NCBI GenBank assembly: GCA_013265495.1
Contig: MU057724.1
Span: 620,001-684,000 of the forward strand
From: Vicugna vicugna
Lineage: Eukaryota
Direction of reading: 5' to 3'
Length of the DNA: 64,000 bases
Shown: piece by piece, positions 1 to 12,107 of the stretch
Layout: every line of letters begins with the position of its first letter
How positions within the stretch are numbered: the first letter of the stretch is position 1
Position numbers and translations under genes: made by a program
The notes under the pieces: generated by a model
Told to the model about the DNA's origin: nothing
Seen by the model: the letters and a program-made list of their open reading frames with translations, nothing else
The model's database searches: none

Positions 1-3000
1 GGCCAAGATCACTTCTGTTGGGAAGAAGTTATTACCGCTAAGTGCTACTTCCCTAATCCTGGTGGGTCTTTAAGAATCTTTATCAGAAGCAAGTGGGACA
101 CCAGTAACTTGCGGCTGTTTCCAAATAAAACAACTTTGTCCAAATTATAATAAGAATTTATTTCAGGGCTGTGACAAATCTTAATTGTGTTATTTACAAT
201 TCACATATTTGTCCCTCCAAGGGGATGTTGGCCTGGAAGGAAGTGTCACTAAGTCACAAGTGGAAAACCTCCCCGAGTCCCAGGACAGTTTCCTGTCCTC
301 TTGGGAGCAGAACCGAGGCGGGAGTTCCGAGCGGGGGTGACACTGGGAGGCCTGTCTGGGCTTGGGAGGCAGCGCGTGAGGCCTGTGTCAGAGAACCAGC
401 TGTGACTTGACGCTATGGACAGCTCGTCTCCCCAGTGAGAACGAAGCTGTCTCTGCAAACTCCTGAGTCGTAGACGCCCTGCGGCGCTGAAGGAGGATGG
501 AAACCCTCCAGGGACGGCCTTACGTGACGCCGCCTCAGCGTTCTCCCCTGCGATGGCGTCAGCTTTGTGTTTTGAGGTTCACGGTTTCTCTCCGGGTCCC
601 GCCGGCCAGTTCGGGGTTCGCTGCGCACCTGCTGCAGGACTGTTGTCTCAGACTCTGCAGAACAGGGATCTTCACTTCAGACTCCAGGAGGTTTGGTTTT
701 GTTGCTGTAAAGTGACTTCTCAGTAGAACAAAATAGCATTCAATCGATTTTTTAAAACCCACGACTCGCATTCCTACCATCTTGAGTTACGTGGCAGGCA
801 CTCCCTGCGTCAGAGGTGACAGGTACCCCCGGCAGTGGTGACTGGGCACGGGGTCCGCCTGGACACGAGGCTTGTCTGCTCTGCCTGCACCCCAGCCCCG
901 CTGCTGGGAGGTTGGACCTGGTGTCTGGCCAGTTGCTTGGCTAGAAGTCTTTAACAGCAGAGCCCTTGCACTGACCTCTCATCGCGTGGCCACCCCAGCA
1001 CACTTAGTCCAGTTCTGAGAGCATCAGACACTGGGCGTCCAGTGGGAGCGAAGCCTGGCTCATCGCAGGCGCCGGGAGTCAGAGCCGTTTCCTCGCTGCT
1101 TTTCACAGACAGCAGTGGCCCCAAGGCAGGGTCTGGAGCAGCAGGGAAAGGTGGGCTCTGGGGGGAGGGAGATGGGGTTCCCCGTTCACGTGCTCATTCG
1201 GGTGCTCCGTGCTTACCTGCCGTCACTGTCGGAGGGGGTCTGACCATGGCCAGCCCTCTGGGCTCAGGCTGATGTGCAGCGAGGCCCAGGAATCTTCTCC
1301 AGGCTGCAGTCCGTCCTCACGGCCCCAGTCAAGGCCCTCAGCGTGGCGCGGATTTGGCTGTGTGGCCGGCCGGGGAAGCGCACCTGCAGGTGAAAACGAA
1401 AAGGGACTTCTGCCCCCAACACACACCTGGAATTCCAGCTGCAGCAGGAGGGGCCGCCCGCCTGGGCCCAGCTGGACGGGGGGTCTGCCAGGGCTCTGCC
1501 GAGAGGTCAGGCGGTCTGTGCTGCCGGGGTCTCTGCCCAGCGTGGAGCCCCTGCAGGCCAGACCTCCTTCCCTGGGGCTCCCGACAGGATTCCATGTCGC
1601 CTGGCCCTCTGCTGCCATTCCCTGGGCATCAAGGGAAGAAAGCTCCTGCGATCACCAGCCTGGCTCCACCGTAGCCGCTGGTCCCGCCGGCTGCAGCCGC
1701 CAGCTTTCTGGGCAGGGCCCGGCGGGTGGAGCAGCCAGGCAGCCAGCGGTGGGTGCGGCCTAAGACAACTGTCTGAGGCTCTGCATCGTCGCCTTGGGCT
1801 TTGGGCAAGACGGAGGGAGGGAACGGCTTGGAGGGGCTAATGTTTGGGACAGACGTCGGGAGGGTGTGCGGATCACCAACACTTGGAAGCCTCTGACGCT
1901 TGTCTCAGCTCGGGGCTGACAAAGGCCCCGTTGTGCAGGGACCTGGGCTCCGTCACCGAGGGCAGCTGACTTGGCTTCAGGACTTGGAAATGGCATTTCT
2001 CACCTCCTCCACACTAGTCTTTTCAGTTGCTGGCCAAGTTGAAGGGGAAAAAAAATCCCTTAATTCTGGCTAGAAAGGTTTCAGACGTCACATAACAGGG
2101 AGCTGGGCTGGTGGACTGTCGGAGCAGCATGGCTCCCTCCATCCCGAGTGGAGTCCCTTCTCAGGAAGCACTTGAGCCAGCTCTGCAGGGCGGCCCTGCC
2201 AGTAAACACGGCGGCGGAAAGCCCCTCCACACACAGCCTCCGCGGCCCGCTGTACTGCCTCGTGATTCTGCCTGAGAACCAGCAGTATGTGAAAGTCACA
2301 CGCTCGTTGTGTTTGCTGCAATAGTCTGCTCCACGTTTGAGAAGACGCAGTAGATTCCAACTTGACAAAGAAAATTCTCTGAAGAATGTGTTTCTCTTCC
2401 TAGATTTTAGGGTCTGCACTTTGGCCCCCAAGGGAAATTCACAGGCACATTGGCACCGGGAAGTCCATGTGCTGTTACGCTTCCAGCTGCCCACTGTTTC
2501 CGTTTGTCAATGAAGCTAGAAAACGTGGTGGCCACTGACCATGCTCGGCCTTTCTCATGTTACCAGTGGCTCTTTTTCTTTTTCTTTTTGCTGCATATTT
2601 ATAATTGCGTAGACGGGGATTGCCAAAACTAATTCCACTCTCCACGGACCATCTAGACAGGAGCGTTGCGTTTTTAAGCTGTAAAGTAGCTTTCAGTTTA
2701 GCCTGAACTTGCGATCTGTAGAATTTATAGGAGGAGCCACGTGCCTTGTTCTGGTGGGTTCGGTGGGCGCCCTGGGGTGGGGCTCAGTGCCCTGTGTCTG
2801 GGAGCATGCGTTCACTCCCCGTCCTGGAGGACAAGTGGGCAGAGGTCTCCCACAGAACAGGGGTGGTCACCGTGGGGGAGTCTGCGTGGCCGCCTCCAGC
2901 CGCAGGGCGAGTCACCAGGTACTGGGACGAAGTGCGCGGTGTCGGGGCACTCTCTTCAGAGGCTGGCCCCTCGTTTTGGGGTAGAACTTGTTCCCTGGTG

Positions 3001-4921
3001 CACGGCTGCTTACCCGCCAGGAGTCATTATCTGTGACCAACCCAGTTCTTCCTGACACCCCTGAGTGCTGCGGGCTGTGACGTCCATGCTCAGGACGCTC
3101 GTCTCCCTGGGACACACCCAGTGTTGCTCCTGGGTGCCGCTCCGAGGCACACCCTCAGGAGGGAGCTGCCTTCAGCAGGGACGGGTGGGGCTGGGTTGTG
3201 TGTCTGCGGGCTCCCCTCCCCTTCCACCCGCCCCCGGCGCCCCCCCCCCACTTTCCCAGTCAGGGGTTTATTCCCTCAAACCAGTATTCCTGCTCTTTAC
3301 GTTAAAGCATGATTTGTTTTCTTAAGAATTCCTTCTATAGTACTTGGAGCCTTTTGGATGAAGGCATCAGTGAGTGACTGCTGTGTAGAAATGCTGGTGA
3401 AGATAATTAGACACACAAATTTGTGTCTTTCCTTGCAAAGGCCAGGTCACGCAGGCCCCGCTCTGCAGCTCCCTGCCTCTTGCTGTGACACACCGTCTTG
3501 CACAGCAGCTCCGCAGGGGCTGCGGGGGAGTCGGGTCTGGGCTGGGGTCTGGGCTGGGCGGACGGGCGCCCCGCACCCCATCTCTGTCAGTTCAGATAAA
3601 CGGCACAGCCCTGGCCCCAGACCCCGATCTTCAAAGCGCAGTGTTGGGTTACGATTTATAAGTAGAAAGTCAGATTCAGAGACTCGGAGGAGATAATCTA
3701 GTCTTAACTCAGAGACACTGAAAGACCTGCTTCTGACGCTTCTGTGTCTGATTTCCGGGGCCGCTGCCGTAGGTCTGGGATCTAACCTGTGAGCGTTCCC
3801 GCCACAGGGCCGGCTGCCTTCTGGCTGGGCCCGCAGGCTTGGCCTCTGGTTCCCGCGGCACCTCTGCGCCTCGGGGGCTCCGGGTCAGCCCTGGGGGTGC
3901 CTCCACAGCGCTGGGGACCCTGTGACTCGGGACCCACCCCCATGGGATGCGCTGACGGCCTGGGGTGTGGGCCCACGTCCACCCAGGCGTCTCGGTGCTG
4001 CTGCTCACCCAAGCCCTTCCTTCCACCTGGTGGAAGAGCTGGCCTGGCCGCCTCTCCCCTGCTAGCAGAGGGCTGCTCGTGGTCAAGGGTCTCCGGGGCC
4101 AGCCCTTGGTGCACGTGGGCTGGTCCAGACGTCTAGTCCAGCTGTAGCCCGTTTCCTCCTGTTTGGGCCCTTGACCATCTTGATGGGACTTGAGTGTGTG
4201 GTCACTCAGAGGACCGTGGGCCTTTCCACAGAACACTTGCTCAAGAGGGCCCCCACCTCTTTAAGCCAGGGCTAGGCGTGGGGGTGCAGAGGACAGTCCT
4301 GGGGGGCAGGCCAGGGGTGGGAAGGGCCTGGGGCTTAGCAGGGAGCCTGAGGGGGAGGTGGGTGCCGGACCTGGAGGGGGGTCCAGGTGTGTGGGGGCGG
4401 GCGGGCTTAGCTGGATGCCCCCCGAGCCCCCACCCTGGGTGTGTTCCTCCCCTTCCCCTGTGGGCTCTGCCCTCCACGGGGACCCGTGTCTCCCTGTCTG
4501 TTCCACCGCAGCCCCGCTCCCCCATCTCTGCCCCTGCCCTCGTCCAGGAGTCAGGGACACTCGAGTTTCCTTCCACCCCCGCATCCTGGGAGCACTCCGG
4601 AGATGCTGGGCCAGGCGTGGCAGACGGAGCGGAGGGCTGTGGCTGCGAGGGGAAGAAAGCGCTGAGGGAGTAAGTAAGTGTCAAGGAATTCATTGTCTGC
4701 CCTCCACCTGTTGTTACTCTGGTCCCAATCAACCTGCTCGCCAGGCTGGAGCCAGCGGCCATCTGGAAACACTGCTCTGTTTATAAACTTGGCACGAAGC
4801 AGCACTCCCGGCCTGACCTCCCACACGAATCTGGAAACAATTAGAGCAAGATGATAGGCAGGCAGCCGCTCCAGGGAGGGAGGAGGGGCAGCGGGGGCGG
4901 GGCCGGCGCCCAGGGAGGCCT

Positions 4922-5027
4922 NNNNNNNNNNNNNNNNNNNNNNNNNNNNNNNNNNNNNNNNNNNNNNNNNNNNNNNNNNNNNNNNNNNNNNNNNNNNNNN
5001 NNNNNNNNNNNNNNNNNNNNNNNNNNN
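4922..5027. other. Assembly gap (106 N) between G-rich flanks
   Basis: Run of N; left flank gggagggaggaggggcagcgggggcggggccggcgcc, right flank includes gggagtgggggtggggcttggg. Confidence 0.99.
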
Positions 5028-8000
5028 GGGGAGCTCCCCATGGAGGAGCAGGGGACAGAGAGAAGGGAGCGTTCAGGGGCCTGGATCTGAGAGGGGTCCC
5101 GCTGGGAGTGGGGGTGGGGCTTGGGATCAGCTGGGTGGGAATCGGTGCGGCTCCCCCCACCCCGGGGGCTGTGGCCTCAGCTGCCTGCCCCTGCTGTGAG
5201 CCCAGAACCAGCATGTCGTGGACCCCGAGAATTCAGACCTTTCTGGTCCCCGAAAGAAAAACACTGCACAGTCTCAAGTCATTTTTTCAGTTTCGGAAAC
5301 ACATTCTTGAAAAGCACTTTTTAACCACAGGAAGTTTAAGCAACATGCCATTTTGCTGCAGAAAAACGAAGAGATACTTGAAGTGCGGGGGAGGGGACAG
5401 CTCTGTAAAGGGGCCCGCGTGGGGTCTGCGCGCAGGACGCCGCCCGGCGTCTGGGAGCCGGCGTGGGGGTCCGGCAGATGAAAGGGTCTCCTCCTCTGCG
5501 CTCAAGAAACACTGTTTCCCTCTCTTCCTCCGCGGTTTTGAAACGCGATTCCCAAGCTGGGTGGATGGTCTTTTCACGCTCAGCTGGGGCTCTAACTCCT
5601 GAAATATTAATCTGTGGGGGTTGCTGGCAGACCGATAATTGGCACCATTAACGAGCTCCCGGTTCGCCAAATGGCCCTCGAGGAGTGGAGGCCTTGGCTT
5701 CAGGGCTCAGGCTGGCACCAGGAAAGGTGGCCCCTCCCCTGGCCGGGGTCTTGCTTCTGTAGCACAGAACCCCCTGGTCTGGCCTGGAACGCGGGCGAGG
5801 GCATTTGCTCAGACCCCGGGAAGTCAGCCCATCTGAGTGTCGTCAGCCGGCCCACATCCCGTGCCCACGGCCAGCGCAGCCTGGTCCTCACGTCCGCGCA
5901 CCGGGCGCTTTCTTTTCTGCCTAAGGGTGTCCTTTCATACTCCCTGCTTCCGGTGCACCGGCTCCTAAAACCCAGCCCAAGACTGCTGAGGGCCACAGGT
6001 CACGCGAGGGGCCGTGAGGTGAAAAGACACCCCCTGGGGCCCACGAGGCCCTGAGCAGAGCCGCCCAGCGGAGCCGGTCGAGGATGGAGTCTTCGCGGCG
6101 CGGCAGCCCGGGGCTGCTCCTCAGAGCGGGCTCCGGACGTCCCTGGAGACAGCCAGCCTGGCCCAGATTTTAGGCTCCAAGCCTTGTTGCCAGTGGGTTC
6201 GTTTGAGCTGTAATGTAAAATACTGTGTTTATTTAACCCCTGTAAGCTGATCTCCTTCGTCTTTGTGAACTGGCTGCGTAGTTAAGGACCCACATTCCTT
6301 CCACAGTTAATAAAACTTCATATTTTTCTCTGTATTCATAAATTTAATTACGCTCAGACCCACTTAATCTACATTAGTTTCTGAAATTTTGCCTGGATTA
6401 GAAAGAAGCACAGCGCTCGCCCCACTGCAACAGGCAGCGCAGTCACGGTCTTTTGATTAAAAGACGGAAGAAACTGGAAACTCAGAAAATTATCTTGCAT
6501 CGTGACGACTTTCTAACCGGGAGGTGGCAGAGCCATGGAGTGCCTGGGCCACGGTTCACCCCGAGATGGCACGTTCACACTTCAAGGGGCTGTAGTTGTT
6601 CAACTTTATTAAAACAAAACAACACCCCCAAACAAGGCGGATCTAAAGACCTCTGTGCGGGATCTTCGTCAGCTCTTCACGACGGTTGCGTGAGCTCGGG
6701 GTTGGCCTGTGTGTGTTCCCAGCGGCAGACGGAGCTGCCTCCGTGGGCCTCCCCGTGGGGCTGGGGGTGGGGCACAGGGACTCCTGTTGCCGAGGCGCCT
6801 TCCAGGGCAGGTTTTGAGAATGGACGTCTCTGTAAATCGTTTTGCTCTTTCTGAGAGAAATAAATGCAGCTTCTCAGCACCCAGGCGCCCACACTGGGGA
6901 GTCGAGCCTGGTCACCCACCAAGCCTGAAGCCCTCCCCCTGCCCCGAGTCGCCTCCAAGCACCACCTGCTCGAGAGGTGCTGTAACCCCACCTTCCCGTG
7001 GAAGGGGGAGCACCAAGACCCCCATTAGAATGCCTGCTTTCATTTCGAAGTGGGCCCTCTCCTCCCTGTCTGCGGACACAGGTGCTCACAGCCCCTCCCT
7101 GCACGGGCGCACCTGCGCCTGCCTCCTGCACTTCTGTCTTTTTGCCACCGCGTGGCTCTGCCCTGGTCTGATTTCTGAGACGACGATGGCGACCTCTGTT
7201 CCCACCAAAAGGGTGAAAAAGGAGAACCGAACAAAATGAAACCTGGATGTATCAAGAAACGTATTATTTTCTAATTGATAGTTTCTTGAAATGTTACGAT
7301 ATATTCTTACAAGAACGATTTCCTTAAATGTTTGGTCCCAGGAAGACTTGAAGAAAGAACATTTCTGCAGCTGGAACCGGCTGGTTGTCAGCCGTTTGCG
7401 GAACGGAGGAGGGAGGACGTCGGTCACCCTCCAGAGTCTGACGACTGGATCTGCAGGGGCACGTGTCCTCTCCGCCCAGGAGTGCTCAGCTGCGGAGCAG
7501 GGACTGAAGTTCTGAAATCCGAGCCTCCACCTAAAATCTGGGCCACACTCTTGCCCCGCGTGTTCTTCTGGAAGCCGTTGGAGGGGAGAGGTCAACGCCG
7601 CTTCCTGTGTGTCCCTGTTTGGCCTTGAGATCATTTAATGGGGGTGGCTTTTGAGAGAAGTGCTCCTTAAGTTGGGCACTCGCCCCTCGGCTGAGATGAC
7701 ACGGTGAGCGGTCTGTGCCCTGGTGGGCCGGGCGTTGCCTGGTCACGGGCCGGGCCGCTGGCCAGCCTGCCGAGACCTGCCCGGAGGAGGAAGAAAACAT
7801 CCCACGTCCGTGTGAAGATGGCCGGGGGTGGGGGGCTGACACCACACGTCAGGGACCCTCCCCCTAGACCGCCACAGCCTCCGTGTCTGCATGAAGGCCC
7901 TCCTGTCCCCTGGGGTTTCACACCTGCTGTCCCCTACTCTTCCCACTTGTCGCGGACACCGCAGGCCTGATCTCTCGCCTATTTCTAGAGCCCTGGGCCC

Positions 8001-11000
8001 TGAGGTTGGGTGGAGAGCCACCCCGGGCTTGGAGACCTGTTTGCCCCCAGCAGGGGACCTGCTGCTGTGACAGCGCCCGGCCACGCACCACACAGCGCTT
8101 GCTTCGGCTGCAGTGGCCGCGTGCTTGCCTTGCGCCCTGCGGTCACGCTAAGTCCCCTCGGTGAGTGCGGCGGGGCCCGGGGAATGGGGCCGCGGGACAT
8201 CCCGAAGTCAGACTGGGCCTTAACGAGGAGGCAAACTGCAAAGCGACGCTGCCCGGTCCTCCTCGGGTGCCATCTGCCCGTGGCCCCGCTGACGCGTCCT
8301 GGGCTGTCCACGGTCGTGGGTGCGGGGCAGCCGTCTTCCAGCGGTGCTTCCTTCCGTTATCGTTAGTGATGAAAATCGGATTTATGTCACATATTACAGC
8401 GCAGGGTCCGATGCTGTTTTTACGTGAGCGTAACTGCTCTGTAAAACCTCAAGCATTTTTCTCCACTAGAATTGGCAGACGAGAGGTTACGTAAACTTGT
8501 GGCCGACGGAGAGGTTCGCAGAACGTTGCTGTTGCAGCAGAGGGAACAGAGGGCGGGAGCGTGGGCGCCCGGATTCCTCCTGCCGATGGTGCAGACCCGC
8601 TGCTGTCTGTTCCTTGTTGCGGCCGCTCTGTCCACAGGGTGGCTCGGCACCGGGAGGTTGGGCCTGCTGCCCGCGGTCACCCAGCAACTTGAGCCTGACA
8701 CCGTGCCTGCGAGCAGGTGGGGGGGTCCTTGCTGGGGCCCCTGGGCCCCTGTGCTCCCGGGCCACTGCTCACTGACGGTGAGGAGCTGGTGGGGTCGACG
8801 CCACACTGAGGGTGCACGTGGGGGCCCAAGGGACGCTGTGGGCACGTGCTCCGGGGACGGGCCGTCCTGGCCCTCGCTCTCCTGTGTGCGCCTGTCCTGC
8901 ACATGCTGTGCCTGCTCTGATCTCTGACCCCGCGGGGAGTGTCTGGGGATAAGGAGAGGACGGTGGGCGCTGCCGTCCGGCCGCGGCTGGTGATACGAGA
9001 GCAGAGACTGACCGAGGGCTTCACGTGTTTCCAGCACTCCACGTCCGTCAGCCCCTGTGGGCACAACCGGGAAGGGGCACGCGGTGCTGAGGCCTCCAGG
9101 GCTGCCCCCACTGAACACCTGCCCCTCGGCTCCTCCCGAGGCACCTGTCACAGGCGGGCTATGCCCACTGAATGGGTCCTGTCCACAGAACTGGCCCTCC
9201 CCAGTCTCCTCGGCTACTGGAACGTCCTCTGGGGCTGCTTCTCAGACCCTGGAGGGAGGCATGTCCGCCGGAATCCGAAGGGAGGAGGGCGAGTGATCAC
9301 ACCCGGAGTGAAGGATGAGTCCTCGTGGCCACAGCACCCGTGCTGGGGGTCAGCACGCTGGCTTCGCACCGGAGCTTTTGGCCGTGCATTTCTGTGTTAA
9401 CTTGGACGTGCTGGTCACAGACAGCAGAGGTCTCGGGAAGTGCAGAGACAGCAGAAAGGTCCTCCTGGCGAGCCGACGCCACCTCCTAGGGGAGTGCCTG
9501 GCCCCACTCGTCCTTCCGCTCACCCCACGCATCCTGCTCAGAGCCTGCAGGATTTTCCTGCTGTTCTTCAGCCACAGAGAAGGAGGCCCAGGCCAGGAGC
9601 TGCCCACCTGTCCACGGCGTTTGGAGGAGGCCCTCGCTGCTCTTTGCAGAGCAGGGAGGAAGGCCCGCGGCCCTCGGGGCCCTGAGTCAGCGCCTGGGGC
9701 CCGCACTGTGCCAGCCGCCCCGTCTGCGCATCTGCGTGTCCCCCATGTTCTGTGGCCCTGCCTCCCCCCGAGAGCCGGTCCCCCGCCCCACCCAGCCAGT
9801 GTAGCATAACCAGCACCAGTGCGCTGGGAGCCTGGGTGGAGTACAGGATGGACCTTGTCCTGGAGAGGCAAGCTGGCTGGTGAGCCTGTGCATGGTGTCT
9901 TGCCCCAGTCCGCTCACTGTCCTTCCAGGCTGAGGTCTGCGACTCGGGTCGCGCAGGCGGTCTGGTCTGTGCCGCGTCGGCCCCTGTTCTCATGGAGCTC
10001 CCGTTAGGTTCCAGGTGACAGAGTGTGGGGCAGGGCCTGGAGCAGGGGCTGTGGGCGGGCGGCCGCCTGGAGTGGGCCCCGCAGCAGAGGTGGCTTTGCA
10101 GGAGGTGGGGGGGGCAGGCCTGTGTCTCCGGGCAGAGCGTCCTGACAGAGGGAGCTGCCTCGGGTGGAGGCCAGGCTGTCTGTTCAACGCGGTGTCAGGG
10201 CCGTGTTCTCAGGCCTGGGGGACCTGTTATCCCCAGGGGGCACCTGCAATGGCCCCGATGTCCCTGTGAGTAAAGCAGAGGTCTCGGGTTCCTGTGCACT
10301 CTGCCCGGCCTCCTGACCCCTCTGTTCCCCCGTGCGGACCACTTGTCCCCTGGGTTGGGGGTGACTGTCGGGGGAGAGGTGAGCCTGGATGGGCCCCCTC
10401 AATTCTATGTACTCTGTGTTTTTCCGCGTCTGCCGGGGCACAAACGTGGTGCTGACCCGCGTTACAAAGGGGCAGCTTTTGGCAGCCACAGGCCAGAGCT
10501 TGCAAAGGACCCTCCTTTCCCCCAGCTGGAGATGCCGAGCCGGGACTGTCCTCGCTCCACCTTGCGGTCCAGGGAGCACACGCCACGCGGCCATTCCTCG
10601 CTGCCCCCGCCGCCCCCCGTGTGCTTTCCCCCGCCTCCCCTCTGGACACTCACCCCCCACTTCTGCTCAGAGGTGAGCACGTTGTAGGTTAGTGTTTGTC
10701 GGTAGAGACTGACTACTTTCCAGCAAGAGATGTGGCCCCTGGAGAATAAAACCCCTTTATTTCAAGATCGTAAGAGAACAGGTCCGTGTGATGTGGCTCC
10801 GGGAACTTAGGACACTGTCCTGAGGACCGGTCGGCCACTGACCTCCCGTGCTACTGTCCACGTGGTTTCCTGGGGGTTCTCGTACCCCTGACGTGTGTGG
10901 ATGTGTCAGTGTGGTGGGGCTGGACCCGCTCTGATGCTGAGAACGTGAGAAAAAGTTCTTGGCCAGGTTAATTTCTCAAATCCCTCTTTCCGTGGCTGAG

Positions 11001-12037
11001 AACAGCTTTGCTTTAACGAGCGTTCCCTGCTCACACTCTGCTTCTCATCTGGCCCAGCCTCCCGTGAGGCCAGAGCTGTGTCTGTGATAAGGCAGCCGTT
11101 ACCAAGATGGAAATGATTACCATCCCACGGAGGCCAGAGCTGGGGCGGGCGGGCACGCAGGGCCGCGTTGGAGACCGCTGCATCCTCAGCCACTTTGCCC
11201 CCTCTCCCCAGGCTGCCTTTCCTGAGCAGCTCGGGAAAGCTGCCCTGCCTCCCTTGGTTTTATTTTTACAGCTTGTCAGTTGTGGCCTCAAAAGTTTGGA
11301 CAACAGTGTCTGGACCAGCTGTTGTCTGCTGTCTCTGGGGGTCCTGGGATCCCCGGGAATAAGATGAGGCCAGCCTCTCTGGGCCACCCTTCACGCAGGG
11401 AACCTGTAGCAGACGCTCTCGATCGCAGGAAGCCTGGCGGGGATGACGGCGCTTTGCCGAGAGCAGGGGTGGCGCCTCACCGTGTGCTTGGACGAGCTGG
11501 GGGGACAAGGAGGCAGGAAGGGCAGGGGGGGCGTTTCTCTAAGACTGACCTTGGGGGGCGGCCCACAGAGGAAGGCCACTCTGGCTGCCAAAAACTCAAG
11601 TCATTAAACCTTTTAGGAGATATCTGGGCTCAAAAAGTGTAACTTTTTGGTTGATACTCCTTAACAGAAGACAGAAGATGAGGTTTCCACGCGGCAGGGA
11701 CAAGCAAAGACAGACTTACCGTCTGAGTGCGAGCTCTTCCCTTCCCTCAACGCGGTGACCGTTGCCCCAGGCGACTGATTGACCCCCTCCCCCCACCCAA
11801 TACAAATAATTTTCAGAGAAAGCTGAGAGTAATGCTTTATCTGGCGGCCTTGCTGAGGACTGCAGCCCGGGGGACAGCCTCTCAGCGTCTCTGAGCACCT
11901 GCTCCGAAGAGGTGAGGGGGAGGCAGGGAAAACGGGGCCTCTGCTGCGAAAAAAGTGCCGGCGAACGTGGAGAGATTATTGCTAGTCTCAAAAAACAGAC
12001 GTCTCGAGCTGATGGTTTCTGTACTTCTCTGTCTGGA

Positions 12038-12107
12038 TTCACTGAGATCGTCCCTCAGACCCACGTCTCGGCTGTCTCAGCGGGGGCTGAGGGACGATCT
12101 CAGTGAA
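12038..12107. repeat. Perfect 21 bp inverted repeat with 28 nt spacer (hairpin/cruciform-capable)
   Basis: TTCACTGAGATCGTCCCTCAG (12038-12058) is the exact reverse complement of CTGAGGGACGATCTCAGTGAA (12087-12107). Confidence 0.97.

Noticed and set aside
7252-7289. 9 bp inverted repeats (tcaagaaac/gtttcttga; also gcgctgacg/cgtcagcgc at 14668-14695) and a 14 bp palindrome near 3413-3426
   Set aside because: Several of this size are expected by chance in 64 kb.
11714-11722. Minus-strand ACG|GTAAGT donor ~320 bp from the 21 bp hairpin
   Set aside because: An isolated donor hexamer is common by chance; no matching acceptor or exon evidence.
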